A stretch of DNA of 62,129 nucleotides, counting the filler, from Diploschistes diacapsis (lineage: Eukaryota): assembly GCA_023645945.1 (NCBI GenBank). It is 10 parts of 10 records of this genome, joined end to end, with 100 filler letters (N's around TTAATTAATTAA, not from the genome) between each part and the next. Parts side by side here need not be neighbours in the genome. Positions count along the whole stretch, not along the records: positions 1 to 26,347 come from JALAIB010000182.1; 9 more parts are not named here. One strand, 5' to 3'. Numbering within the stretch: position 1 is the first letter of the stretch; each line of letters opens with the position of its first letter. The translations under genes were made by a program, and so were the position numbers. Below are positions 1 through 10,760 of the stretch, piece after piece. The notes beneath the pieces are model-generated. The model was not told the origin of the DNA and did no database searches. It was given only the letters and a program-made list of their open reading frames with translations.

Positions 1-705
1 CACCCCCACCTCGATCCTCGCCAGCTCCTTTCCCCCCTCGCTCAGCACTGCCCTCATGACATCCCCCGTCTTAACAGGCCCCACCCCTTTCGGCGTCCCC
101 GTCAGCACCAAATCGCCCTTCTCCAGCGTCATCACGCTCGAGATATCGCTCAACTGTCTCGGGATGCGAAACAGCATCAGCTCCGTATTATCGCTCTGCC
201 TGCTCTCGCCATTGACCGTCAGGCTCAAATCCACCCTGTGCGGGTCCTTGATCGCCGTCTTGGGCACGACATCCGAGACCGGGCAGAAGGTGTCGAAACC
301 CTTGGCTATGCTCCAAGGCAGGCCCTTCTTCTTGGCCTCCTCCTGGACGTTGCGCGCCGTCATGTCGATGCTCAGGCAGTACGCTTCGATGGCGTCGAGC
401 GCGGCGGAGTCGGTCTCGGGCAGGTCCCGCACTTCCTTGCCGATTATGCAGCCGAGTTCGACTTCGTAGTGGAGGGAGACGCCCTGTGGAGCGAGCACGG
501 GTCCGCCGTTCGGAGGGAGGATCGAGGATGGCGGCTTGAGGAAGAAGAAGGGCTGCTTTGGGCGGACGTTGTTGAGCTCTGTAACGTGGTCGCTAGAGGA
601 TATGGTTAGCTTTTGGGGGAGCGCCGTTGGGGTAGGTGGGAGAGCTTGCGCATAGTTGCGACCTATGCAAATCACTTTGCGGGCGTTGGCTCTTATGGAG
701 GCCAT
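1..705 (-). CDS. Fumarylacetoacetate hydrolase (FAH/FAHD1-like) family protein, 3' end runs off the window
   Basis: Manual translation: MASIRANARKVICIGRNYA / intron 593-649 / DHVTELNNVRPKQPFFFLKPPSSIL...LHYEVELG...GDLVLTGTPKGVGPV. The IGRNY, HYEVEL and LTGTP motifs are typical of the FAH family. Confidence 0.9.
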   Translation of the reverse strand, partial: MASIRANARKVICIGRNYAQALPPTPTALPQKLTISSSDHVTELNNVRPKQPFFFLKPPSSILPPNGGPVLAPQGVSLHYEVELGCIIGKEVRDLPETDSAALDAIEAYCLSIDMTARNVQEEAKKKGLPWSIAKGFDTFCPVSDVVPKTAIKDPHRVDLSLTVNGESRQSDNTELMLFRIPRQLSDISSVMTLEKGDLVLTGTPKGVGPVKTGDVMRAVLSEGGKELARIEVGV

Positions 706-1160
706 GGCGGGGTAGAACCGATTGATTTCGTGAAGGGCACGGACGCGATAATAGTGAAGAGAAGGCAATTGCACGCAATGGGAAGAATTCGAGACCTGAC
801 TTAACTTCCGGGTTTAAAAGAGCGTGAGATTTTATCCAGGGTTCGACATCCACGCAAGGTGCAATGCCCTCGTACGTACGGTTACAGGCATTGGCAGAGC
901 AGCGGAATGATGCACTTACCTACGAGAACGCTGTTGATATGGTCCGTGGAGTTTGTATATGGCGAATCAGCTAATGATAACTGAATGTCCTGGCTCTCGT
1001 CAATCTCCTCTATTTCAATGCTTTCTAATCCTTCTGTTTCTTATCAATCTTTGCCTTGATTCTCTTCTGTTGTGTACCTATCATTAGTGGGCAGATATCA
1101 TTTGTGGCCTTTGCATATTTTCATTTCAAGGAGACAACACTTTCTAGGGGACCCTGAAAC

Positions 1161-1538
1161 ATGAAGGTCGCAGAGATTCTTTCTGACTTGACATCGCTGC
1201 GAGTCTGCGTTCGTTATGGTTTTCTTCAAGGCTGGGCAATCTACTAATAAGCTGAACAGGACCATGAAGCTGCAATGGCCCTTGTTTCTTGCAGGCCCGC
1301 AAACTCAGCACAGCCAACTGCAGCGGGTACGAAAGACAAAGACAGCAGAATGCCAGCAGTATCCAGAAGCCTTTCAGCCTTGAGGAACGAGGGCGACACG
1401 GACCTACAGCGAGCGCTGGATCTTATTGACCTTCATTACGGGGTGAAAGAGAAGCACATGCAGGGCGCGGATCGGGGCCTGCAGACAGCAAGAGCTGAGG
1501 TAAACGAAGTGCTTAGACGCCTAAAACAGAGGAGATGA
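1161..1538 (+). CDS. Small conserved-looking fungal hypothetical protein (2 exons: 1161-1208, 1260-1538)
   Basis: MKVAEILSDLTSLRVC joined by a GT..AG intron (1209-1259, branch CTAAT) in frame to DHEAAMALVS...DLQRALDLIDLHYGVKEKH. Confidence 0.7.
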
Positions 1539-1711
1539 AGATCTCCAGATTGGTGAGTGATGGTGGTTGAATGGGGACGAAAAGATTAGGGGGAATAGGG
1601 GGGGCTTATGGGGGGCTATACCAAAGCTGCTCCCCCTGGGCAGTCTCCTCCCGGAGCGTAGATCCAGGAACCCCCGATGGGCGAGCCCGGGGCAGAGGAA
1701 TGTGATAGATA

Positions 1712-1742
1712 GGATGGATGGATGGATGGATGGATGGATGGA
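1712..1742. repeat. (GGAT)n microsatellite
   Basis: ggatggatggatggatggatggatggatgga read directly. Confidence 0.9.
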
Positions 1743-1995
1743 GCAGTCTTGATGCTATCTCACTTCAATGAATTTACTTACGCCTAACTGATCAAGAGCC
1801 GTCTTCCCAATAATCCATGCTAGAGCATTGACGAGACATGCCTAAGATGACCAACCACCCAATATAAGTTTACAATCTCTGCCTTCGGGCATTCACAGGT
1901 GTACGAATATCAAGCAACCGTCCCCCGCCTTATTCACTGTTCGAGGTTCCAAAGTCTGGCAGCATACTGCAAGTCGTGACATCAATAGATGTACC

Positions 1996-3809
1996 ATGGC
2001 GACCTCAAAAGACCAAAAGCTGCTAAAGCAGACTAAGTTCCCCCCGGAGTTCAGTAAGAAGGTGGACATGCAGAAGGTGAACGTCGAGGTTATGAAAAAG
2101 TAGGGATGGACTTTAGCTGGCTTGGTCACAGGACTGACTAGCCTGTGTTCTAGATGGATAGCAGGCAAGATCTCTGAGATACTTGATAGTGAGGACGATG
2201 TGGTTATTGAACTATGCTTCAACCTGCTAGAAGCGTCTCGCTATGTTGGTTACTCCTTCCCCGGCCCTGTGATTCAGCTAATTCCTTGCAGCCTGATATC
2301 AAAGATCTCCAGATCAAGCTGACAGGCTTCCTCGACAAAGATACGGCCAAGTTTTGCAAGGAGCTATGGAACCTTTGTCTAAGTGCACAAAGCAATCCCC
2401 AGGGCGTACCAAAAGAGCTCCTCGAAGCCAAGAAGCTTGAATTGATACAAGAGAAGGTGGAAAATCTAGTTATGCTGGGAAGCAATGATCTGACTATATC
2501 CATAGATTGATGCAGAGAAGTCTGCAGAGGCCGCAAGGAAGCGGAAAGAGGAGGAACGGCAGCGGGATCGTAACATTGACAGCATCCGCCAAAGGGAACG
2601 TGGTGAGAGAGGTTTCGGGCGAGGAAGGGGTGGTGGAGAGGCATTCCCTGATCGACATCCACCACGCTACTCGAGGTCCCCACCTAGAGAATTCGATCGT
2701 CGCAGATACTCTAGATCCCCACCACGGCGTCGTGCCTCGCCGCCGCCGAGAGGCTACTACCATGGCCCTCCACGACGAGACACAGATACATACAAGCCCG
2801 GGGGAAGGCGTGGTCGGGATCGCTATGACGATCGCAGACGCCCATCTCCACCACGTCGACGATCACTAACTCCCTCATCTAGGTCATCTCGCTCTGCATC
2901 CCCACCACCCCGAAGGCGGAGAAGCCCACAGTTTGGAAGGGGCGAGAGGAGGCAACGGAGTCCTCCACCACGTGGTGATCACCGCACACGATCCTACACA
3001 CCCTCCGAGGCTTCACGCTCACGTTCCCCTAGAAGACCCCGCAGTCCATCATCCAGATCAATGTCTCGCTCATCATCTCCGCGCCGTTACCCCATCGAGC
3101 GTCGACGAAGAAACACGTCTTCATTTATCTCTCGATCCAGATCAATGAGTCGAGAACGGAAGTCTCAGAGGCCAGGGAGATCTGCTCAATACCCACGTTC
3201 AGAAGCCGGTGATAGAGATTCAACTACTGACCGTCGCAAGGGCCGTGAACGTCAGCAATCTCGAGAAGTGCCACACCGCATGCCGCCCAAGCGTGAAGAT
3301 GACAGAAGCAGGAGCAAAACGCCAGAGAAGCCGCGCAAGCGTCACCGGTCGCTAGAACGCTACCAGCCGGCTGCCAGACGCAGGCGGGACACTTCTTCCG
3401 TGTCCTCCACGGCGCAAAGAAAGAGACAGAAGAGTGCGGACGTATCCGATGACGAGCGAGGAAAAAGCAAGCGTCGAAGACGTGATGCGGACGAGGGAAC
3501 GCTCAAGGGAGAAGAGGTGAGCAGTGACTCCTGAATTTCAGAAGCTCACGTGGTCATTCGGGTACTGTACACAAGTTTTCTGGCGAGGGGTTGGGTACAT
3601 CATCTCATTCGCAACCCTTTCCTCTTCTATTATGCATCAAGATCATGCTAATAGTTTCGCCACCCTAGGAACCATCCCCGTCCGCCGCTAGAAATCACAA
3701 AGCCACGGAGAACGAGCTGAAAGAGAAGGTACTGAAGGAGAAGATCATCGCAATGAGGAGGCAGTCTGTCAATGGAACAAAACCAGCGAAGGGTTCGCTT
3801 GAAAGGTAG
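1996..3809 (+). CDS. PWI-domain, RS-rich splicing coactivator (SRm160/SRRM1-like), multi-exon
   Basis: MATSKDQKLLKQTKFPPEFSKKVDMQKVNVEVMKK/WIAGKISEILDSEDDVVIELCFNLL/PDIKDLQIKLTGFLDKDTAKFCKELWNLCLSAQSNPQGVPKELLEAKK is a PWI domain, followed by long Arg/Ser/Pro repeats. The last exon ...ENELKEKVLKEKIIAMRR...SLER* ends at 3809; the 3' exon structure is inferred. Confidence 0.85.
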
Positions 3810-4858
3810 CCGAGAAACCGATGGGGGTGTGCTTTGCATACCCTTCATTACATAGCTGCCTTAGTTAGGATGATCATGTTCAAGCAATTTTGTGCTAGAT
3901 AGCCATGTAACTGATAGCTTGCCAAACTCTTCAATACTCCTTATCAGCGCTTCCACATACCGGTGGTTTTCACCATCGTGTCTATCCTTAGACATTCCGC
4001 TACAAGTAATCACTACCGACGACGCAATGCAGCCATTTGGTTTTTGCATTCTCATTTCAGGGCAACCCACAAACTAGGCTAGGGCGAAACCAGCTACAAA
4101 CAGAGCGGCAGTAGAAGGCGGTACCGCAAGACGCGGTCCCAGCTCCACCGCCCAAAGTGACCTTCAACGGAGGGATAGTAGCGGCATCTGCCCAAAAGAC
4201 GGTAGTAAAAAAGGCCAGTACCAACCCCCGATGCGGTCCCTTTGTTTCGCCAGTAATATCCCACCACCGGCCCATCGCCGGGCAAAAGGTTTGGATGGAG
4301 TTTTAGCCCGTGGCCTTCTCTTCGTTATTCGCTCCGGGCTCTTGCTGAGTGGGCTCGATGGGCTCGCCTTCCTGTCTCCATGCCTTTTTCGCTGGAAAAT
4401 CCATCTGTCGTTTTATTTGTCTGTTTTTTTGTGGGTTGTTTTGGGTAAGCACATGTGTAGAGGAAGAGATTAGATGTACAGGTGTCGTGGGACTTGTTGG
4501 TACAGGGTGGCTGTCGGAGACTGAATGTTGCCAAAGGTCGAAAGTGAGTGGATAGTAGATGAATAGTAAGGGAGGTATTGTCCGCCATCCACTGCCCCCG
4601 TTTGTTTGTCGCTTAGTCGTCCGTTGCGCACGCCCTCCATTTGTCCCGTCCTCTTCTGGAAATATTTTCGCCGCGACTGCTCCTTCACAAGATTTCCGGT
4701 CTCGGCCGTTTAGGCACGAGGGTCAAACCGCGATCCATGTCCGTCTTGTTGCTTATCCTGCCCTACACAATACGACTACGGCCGAGAAAGCAAACCCGAC
4801 CGACCGCAGCCCTATACGCCACCATGAAAAATAAAAAAGGTTGACGAGGTTGCGGCGC

Positions 4859-6979
4859 CTATGCGGTAGCCTCATCCGTTTCGGCAGCATCGCTGGGAGG
4901 CTTGTATTCAGCGGCAGGCGCGTTTTCGACATCGGGCGCATCGGTTTCGCCATTGGTGGCAGGCTCAGCTGCTTCTTCAGCCTCCTTCTCACCTTCGACA
5001 GTTGTCCCAATCTTCGTCGAAGACTCGTCTTTACCAGCCTTGTCAAGAGCGCCAGAAGCCTTGGGCTCCGCGTCAGTGGTAACGCCGTTCGTATCTGCTT
5101 TATCTTCGGGTTCTTCCTTGACTGGAGACTTATCCTCAGTCTTCTCGGGCTTGTCGTCGTCCTTGTCGGCAGCACCGGTAGCGTCTTCTGCCAGTACCTT
5201 GTTCCACTTGCTCAGTAGGTCCATAGATCGCTTCTTGAAATTGTATTCTTCATCCTTGGGAATGGAATTCAATCTAAGCATGGCCTTCAAGACCTTGTGG
5301 ATCTTCGTGGACCTGATAATGCTGCTTTCCAGATCGGCATGACCTTCGAGCTTCGTGAGGTAGTTCGACATGTTCTATTAGCGATCAGTTTGAAAGTCAT
5401 CTATAGTGAGCGTCGCATCTTACACCAATCTCCTCGTCGTTGGGAGTATCGTCGCGGGAAAGGAAACCTTTCTGAAGCTTGTGGCGGAAATAGCGGACTA
5501 AATTAGTTAGCTTACTGAATGCCGGAAACCTTTCCTTTCAATACTAACTTTCTTTTTCCTTCCTTTCCAGGATCTCAGCTGGGCTGAGAGGCTTCTCCTC
5601 CACAGCAGGCGTGTCGTCCATCTCATCGTCGCTGAAGGTTGCAGGGGCAGCTGCCTTTTTCTTTGAGGAAGATTTGGACTTGGCTTGGGTCTTCTTTTTG
5701 GAAGAAGGCTCGGCCGTAGGAGTCTTCGGTGCGTTGAGCTTGAGCTTCTGCGTTGTCTTTGGGGTCTTTGCCGGCTGATGTTCGTACTCTTAGCTATGCT
5801 GTAGGTTATGAAGAAGGGGTACCTTACCTTTTCATCCTCCTCGCCTTCCGTGCCCTTCTTACGCTTCTTCGACTTTGGCTTCTCCTCTTCTTCCCCGTCG
5901 ACCTCCATTTCATCCTCATCGACGGCTTCGCTCTTGCGTCTCTGACGCTCGGCCTTGCTAGCCTTTTTGGCTTGACGTTCCTTCTGGAGTTCGAGGTCCT
6001 CGTTGACCGCTTCCTGATGCTTCCTAAGCATTTCTTTCCAGTGTTTGAGATCGTGATCTTCTGCCGCTACTCCGTATGCCTCGAGGAGAGCCTTTGTCTT
6101 TCCTTTCTCAGGGACGTCTTTGCACTCATCTGGAGTGATGGCGGTCAAGTCTGTATTTGGCATCCAGGCACTGCATATGTTAGCTGTTGAGTTCTTGGAT
6201 ATCTAATGAATGGCGAATGATTGAAACGTACAATTCATTGGTGTGCCTGCAACGTGTTAGCTGGGACTTGCGGCAAACTGAAGGATAGACTTACAAGAAC
6301 ATGACGGGGAAGGTCCTCTCATGAGCCCGTTTGCCGCCATTTGCATATTCAGGCTTCTTGAATGTTCCGTCGGGCAAAGCTGTCGTGACCGGACGGTTGT
6401 TAAGGAGCTGCGAGGGTAACATTTCCTCGTCGCAGACAACAGACGGCCAGGCAGGATGTCCCTTCATACGCGCTAGGTACAGTTCGCCAGGCTTGCAATC
6501 CAAGTGCAAATCTGCCTTCGACTTTTTCCTGTTGAGCTTCTTCACCCGGTGTTCAGGCACGCCAGAGCTCTTCTTCTTGGAAGAGCCGCTCGACCCCGTT
6601 TTGCGACCAGTAGCCGGAGTAGCTGGGACGCCATTCGGAGCAGCGCCCGCTGCCTCATCTGCCGCTGCGGCGTCCTTCATCTCTGTGTCGTGGGCATGGG
6701 CTTTTGCATCTGCATCTTTCTCAGACCCAGCCGCTTCGTCGGTTTCGCTCTTAGGCTCGGCTTGAACTGATAGAATCGCGTTAGCATTCTCCGGTGACTG
6801 ATTAATGAGCAAGCCTTCCTACCTTCCTCAGTGTCCGAGGCTTTCTTTTCTGCTGCTGCAGCAGAGGTAGCTTTGGTGCCGGAGGGCGCATCGACCTCCT
6901 TCGACCTGCCGATCCCAGTAGTAGCATGAGCAGTCGCGTCAACTTGAGGGTCTGCTCCAGTATCCAGTTCCTCGGGCAT
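4859..6979 (-). CDS. PWWP-domain chromatin protein, multi-exon
   Basis: LYLARMKGHPAWPSVVCDEEMLP PWWP motif. C-terminal LESSIIRSTKIHKVLKAMLRLNSIPKDEEYNFKKRSMDLLSKW helical domain. GT-AG introns join the ORF pieces, including a 15-nt micro-exon at 6232-6246. Confidence 0.85.
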
Positions 6980-9696
6980 TATGGCGCAAGTGAGGATGGT
7001 TGGAGGAAGCTTGAGCTGCGACTTAATGTGAGCGATACACGTAACTGCCACCAAATCAAAATACGCTTAGTTGAGGGCAAAGACAGCTGCGACGAGCCGA
7101 AAAATTAAGATGGGGGCAAAGAGTAGACTGCCAAGAGGCGACAGAGAACGTGTATGTGAGTAGAGGGATGAAAGGTTGATGAATGAGGAGAAGCTGTAGA
7201 TGATGGATGTGGTGGGCAAGGGTGCAGGAGTGGAAATCCTCTGGGAAGCTGGGAAGGGGTCTTACCGCAGTTTACTTGGCGTCGGACAGACACTGTGTAG
7301 GGGCGATCGAGTTTTCACGCACAAAGTAATCCTATTGTCGTCTCTGCAACTAACTAGAAGCTGATGGCCGTCGATGACAGACGATCTTCTGAAGTACAAG
7401 AGTATGTAGAATAATCTCCAGATCCAACCCAAGCCTGTGTGCGGGTGCGAGTGTTGAGAGATAAAGGTTGTTGGAAGAGAGAGAGAGAGGGAGAGAGAAG
7501 TTGTGAGAAGTTGAAGGGAAGGGAAGAGACTCGCCCGGATGCGCTAGCGCCCTATGACCGGAATCATTGGCCGACGCGGACGGGGTGCGCGCTCTTGCCT
7601 CACCCACAGACACAGACACAGACAACATACCACAGACCCTTCATGGCACGGGCAGCAAATACTGCCTGCCTGCCTGCCTGCCTCCTCCCCTAGGTACTTA
7701 CTCGTACTCGTACCTGGCCATCGGTCCACACCGGGTCCGCTCCTCCAACGTACTCGCTGATCAAATTCTCACCATATCCAAGTGTCATTGAAATCGAACC
7801 TGCCATGCTTCAGCCGAACCACAGGCCTGCCAGCTCGCGTCGTGAGCCCGCACTTGGCAGCAGCTCCCCATTTCAGGGTAAGCATTGGCCCACCCTCGTC
7901 GCTCGACTTCTCGAGCAGAGCAACAGCTGTAGCCACCATAGGCCATGATCCTGGACTGTTGTGTACCATCTGCGAGCGCATCAGCTACCTTATCCACTTC
8001 GCGCGGGGAAAGGCCGGGGGCCAAGAGACCGTGCAGCCCCGCAACAAACCCAAGCAATGCCGTCAAGCTGCACAATGCGGCAAACACCCTCAAGGCTCAA
8101 GGGCGCATGGGACGAACTCACAATCGATATCTCCCGGACACACAGCAGCCTCGCGTGTCGTGCTCAGCATCACCTCGTCCACACAAACTAGCTTTCCAGC
8201 TAATTTCTATGATTACAAGCTGAGAACTGACATCATAACCAGGTGAGACTAAATTCAATAACTTCAGACAGCGTCCGCACAATAGACATGGCGGTATCCT
8301 CTGGTACTTCACCTTCTTCCTGGCCACGAGCGACGAAGATTGGGTGGCACTAACTAGAAAACGCGACCAGAACCACCATCCAGGCCATCACACCAACGAA
8401 AAAAGTCCGCACGCAAATCAAGCATGAACATCGATAGCATGTCGCATACTTCAACAACTGCTCTCTTGGTGAGAGATTTCACCACGCCGAGAACACAATA
8501 GTAGGTCAATCTGACAGGTCTATACGAAAAGACACAGATAAATGCCAAGACAAAGGTGTACAATAAATATATATGGTGGGTTTTTGAAAGCGTTTTTGCT
8601 TCGATTTTTTCAAGGGAAAGTTGTAGCCATCAATGAAGCGGCTGTAAAAGCCCTACCTCTGAGTGAAAAGCATAAATCCCCGAATCATGTTTTCGCCAGA
8701 TGGCCTCAAATTCGACCCAGAGATGGCTAAATAATCTTCCAATTTGATCAAGGCTTGTGCCCTGGACGATTTCTCAATGTGTCTCCTGACATGCGTTCTT
8801 CACAGTCGTTAAGGACAAGTTCTTAAAAAGGCCGAACCGAAACTGAAAGCTTAGACAGCATGGCTGAGATTTCACAAAGCGCGATGTCGCATCTTCAGCA
8901 CTTGAGTTTCGATTTTGAGCCAGCCAGTGTTGGATGAGAGGTTGTATGGCGCACTAAAGAGGTCATGAATCGGCCAATCTGAAGACTCCATCCAAACCAT
9001 GTTGGTAATATCGAGACAAGGCAGTCATTTCGTGCAGCCTTTCGAATGACTCCAGATGAGCCTGAGGGGTCAACAATTCGGAGGTGGATTCTTCAGTGAT
9101 GGAAATACTGATGTTCAAAAAAGTGGTTAAAGAAGAGAGTGGGATTGGCAAAAGGCAGAGAGGATGATGGCGCGAGGGGATTGTGTCGGCTAAGGAAAAA
9201 CCTCTTCGCCGCAGCCTTATGAGTTTGAGCGACAACTGCTTAGTCACTCATGTATCTCAGCCACATCACGTGATTTCTCCATTTTAACCAGTTTTGTCCA
9301 CTCTCAAAACGTGACAAAGGGCATGTCCGAAATAACCTCAAACTCACCCCCTGTTGAGAGAAAGCATGGTGTAAATATAGACCAAAATGCTCTCTCATGC
9401 CTGCCATGGTGCAAAGAACAAAGGTAAGCGCAGAGCAGATGTTTGAGCCAAAGCAGTCCTTTGTGCTGGAAATTCTCCCGTCTTTTCTTACAGCCAACCT
9501 CTGCCCGTTTGAGCGGCAGAGGTTACGGGAACTGACTTTCAACGTTGAAATCTAGACAGGCCAGTATCAGAGAGAACGAGGATCCGGTATCCTCGAGAGT
9601 TCTTCTTACTTATAAACTGCGAACCACGCGATTAGCGGCATTCTGAATATATATGAAGTTAAGAGGTTGCATTCTTCCAGCAAACATCCACCGTTA

Positions 9697-10152
9697 ATGT
9701 CGGACTCTACAAACCTCCTTCCAAGGCCAAATCACACCACGAGCCTCCAGTTCCGTCGCCATGTAGCACATCTAGCGACTCCGCTCCACCCCTTGCTCTC
9801 CGTCGCGACAGGCAAGCCTCATCCTGCGTTCCCCAAGTGCTTGCTGAGTTATTACCTCCTGACAGAGCTGCAGTTGGATGAGCTAGCTCACTTCTACCAC
9901 CAACGCACTCCTCATAGGCTGAGCTTTGCGTATCCGGCCCCCATCATCAGGAGGTGGACTCGAGATGCCCAACTCAGTGATAAACGGCGGCGCTTCGGCC
10001 GTTTTGTCGGGCTACAGGGTTGTGCCAGCCCCGGCATGGAAGCTCCAAACTCCCCTGAACAGTTCGATATAGAGAAATGGATCGACGAACTAATCCGGGA
10101 AGGACTAAAGAGGGAGCGAGAGCTCGAGGCGTGGAGGTCAAAAGGTTTTTGA
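9697..10152 (+). CDS. Conserved fungal hypothetical protein
   Basis: Intronless ORF with a non-random, family-like pattern (PLLSVATGKPHPAFPKCLLSYYLLTELQLDELAHFYHQ...KRRRFGRFVGLQGCASP). TATAAA upstream at ~9611. Confidence 0.65.
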   Translation: MSDSTNLLPRPNHTTSLQFRRHVAHLATPLHPLLSVATGKPHPAFPKCLLSYYLLTELQLDELAHFYHQRTPHRLSFAYPAPIIRRWTRDAQLSDKRRRFGRFVGLQGCASPGMEAPNSPEQFDIEKWIDELIREGLKRERELEAWRSKGF

Positions 10153-10760
10153 GGGGAAATAGGTTGTTCAATTATATTATGAATCGACATACTCCTTTCC
10201 GCCATTGGGAATAATCATCATGTATTTCTTTAATATCATATTCTATGCGCCCCATTAGCGATATATATATATATATGTATAACGTACAGCGCGCGCAGTA
10301 AGTCCTATCTTTCCCAACTCTGCCTTTTTACGTGCACCTGCAATCTATGATCTACCGTAATGGCCACAAGCCAAAGTACGGAGACGCATCCCCTCTCGCC
10401 CACAAACTCGTCGTTAAGAATCCAGGTAGAGGCCGAGGAATAGGAGGAGAGGATGCACCTGAGCGCCCTAGTCGCTTCAGATGCTGCGCGTTTTCTAGAC
10501 TAAGCACCAATAGCAGAGCAACTCGGTCTCGACCAACCGTTCGACGGCTTTGAACATTACTAGGGGTAAGCTGCTATGCAATGTCTGTGATCATCTGAGC
10601 GGAGGAGGTAGCTGAAAACAGTAAAAGACACAGCATCAAGCGGATGTACTAGAATTTCAAGAATTGTACACTTTGCATCTTGACCTAATCGATAGCTTCG
10701 GCCTAGACTACTACAAATCTATCTCGCATCGCAATCGCTGATAAACCGCGCGGACACCCT

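Noticed and set aside
706..800. In-frame open region upstream of the FAH gene as a non-AUG mitochondrial extension
   Set aside because: Composition is not convincingly presequence-like and there is no strong-context near-cognate start, unlike TRR1.
3860..4858. Possible structured ncRNA (telomerase RNA, snRNA) between the PWI and PWWP genes
   Set aside because: No telomeric template, U5 loop, U6 ACAGAGA box or clear C/D boxes seen. Most simply convergent 3' UTRs.
7785..7805. B-box-like GGTTCGATT on the minus strand
   Set aside because: The flanks do not form a T stem and there is no acceptor or anticodon arm.
7769..9550. Several short overlapping ORFs and splice-like signals upstream of the PWWP gene
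   Set aside because: No recognisable motif or consistent exon chain. It could be a lncRNA or decayed gene, but the sequence alone does not support a call.
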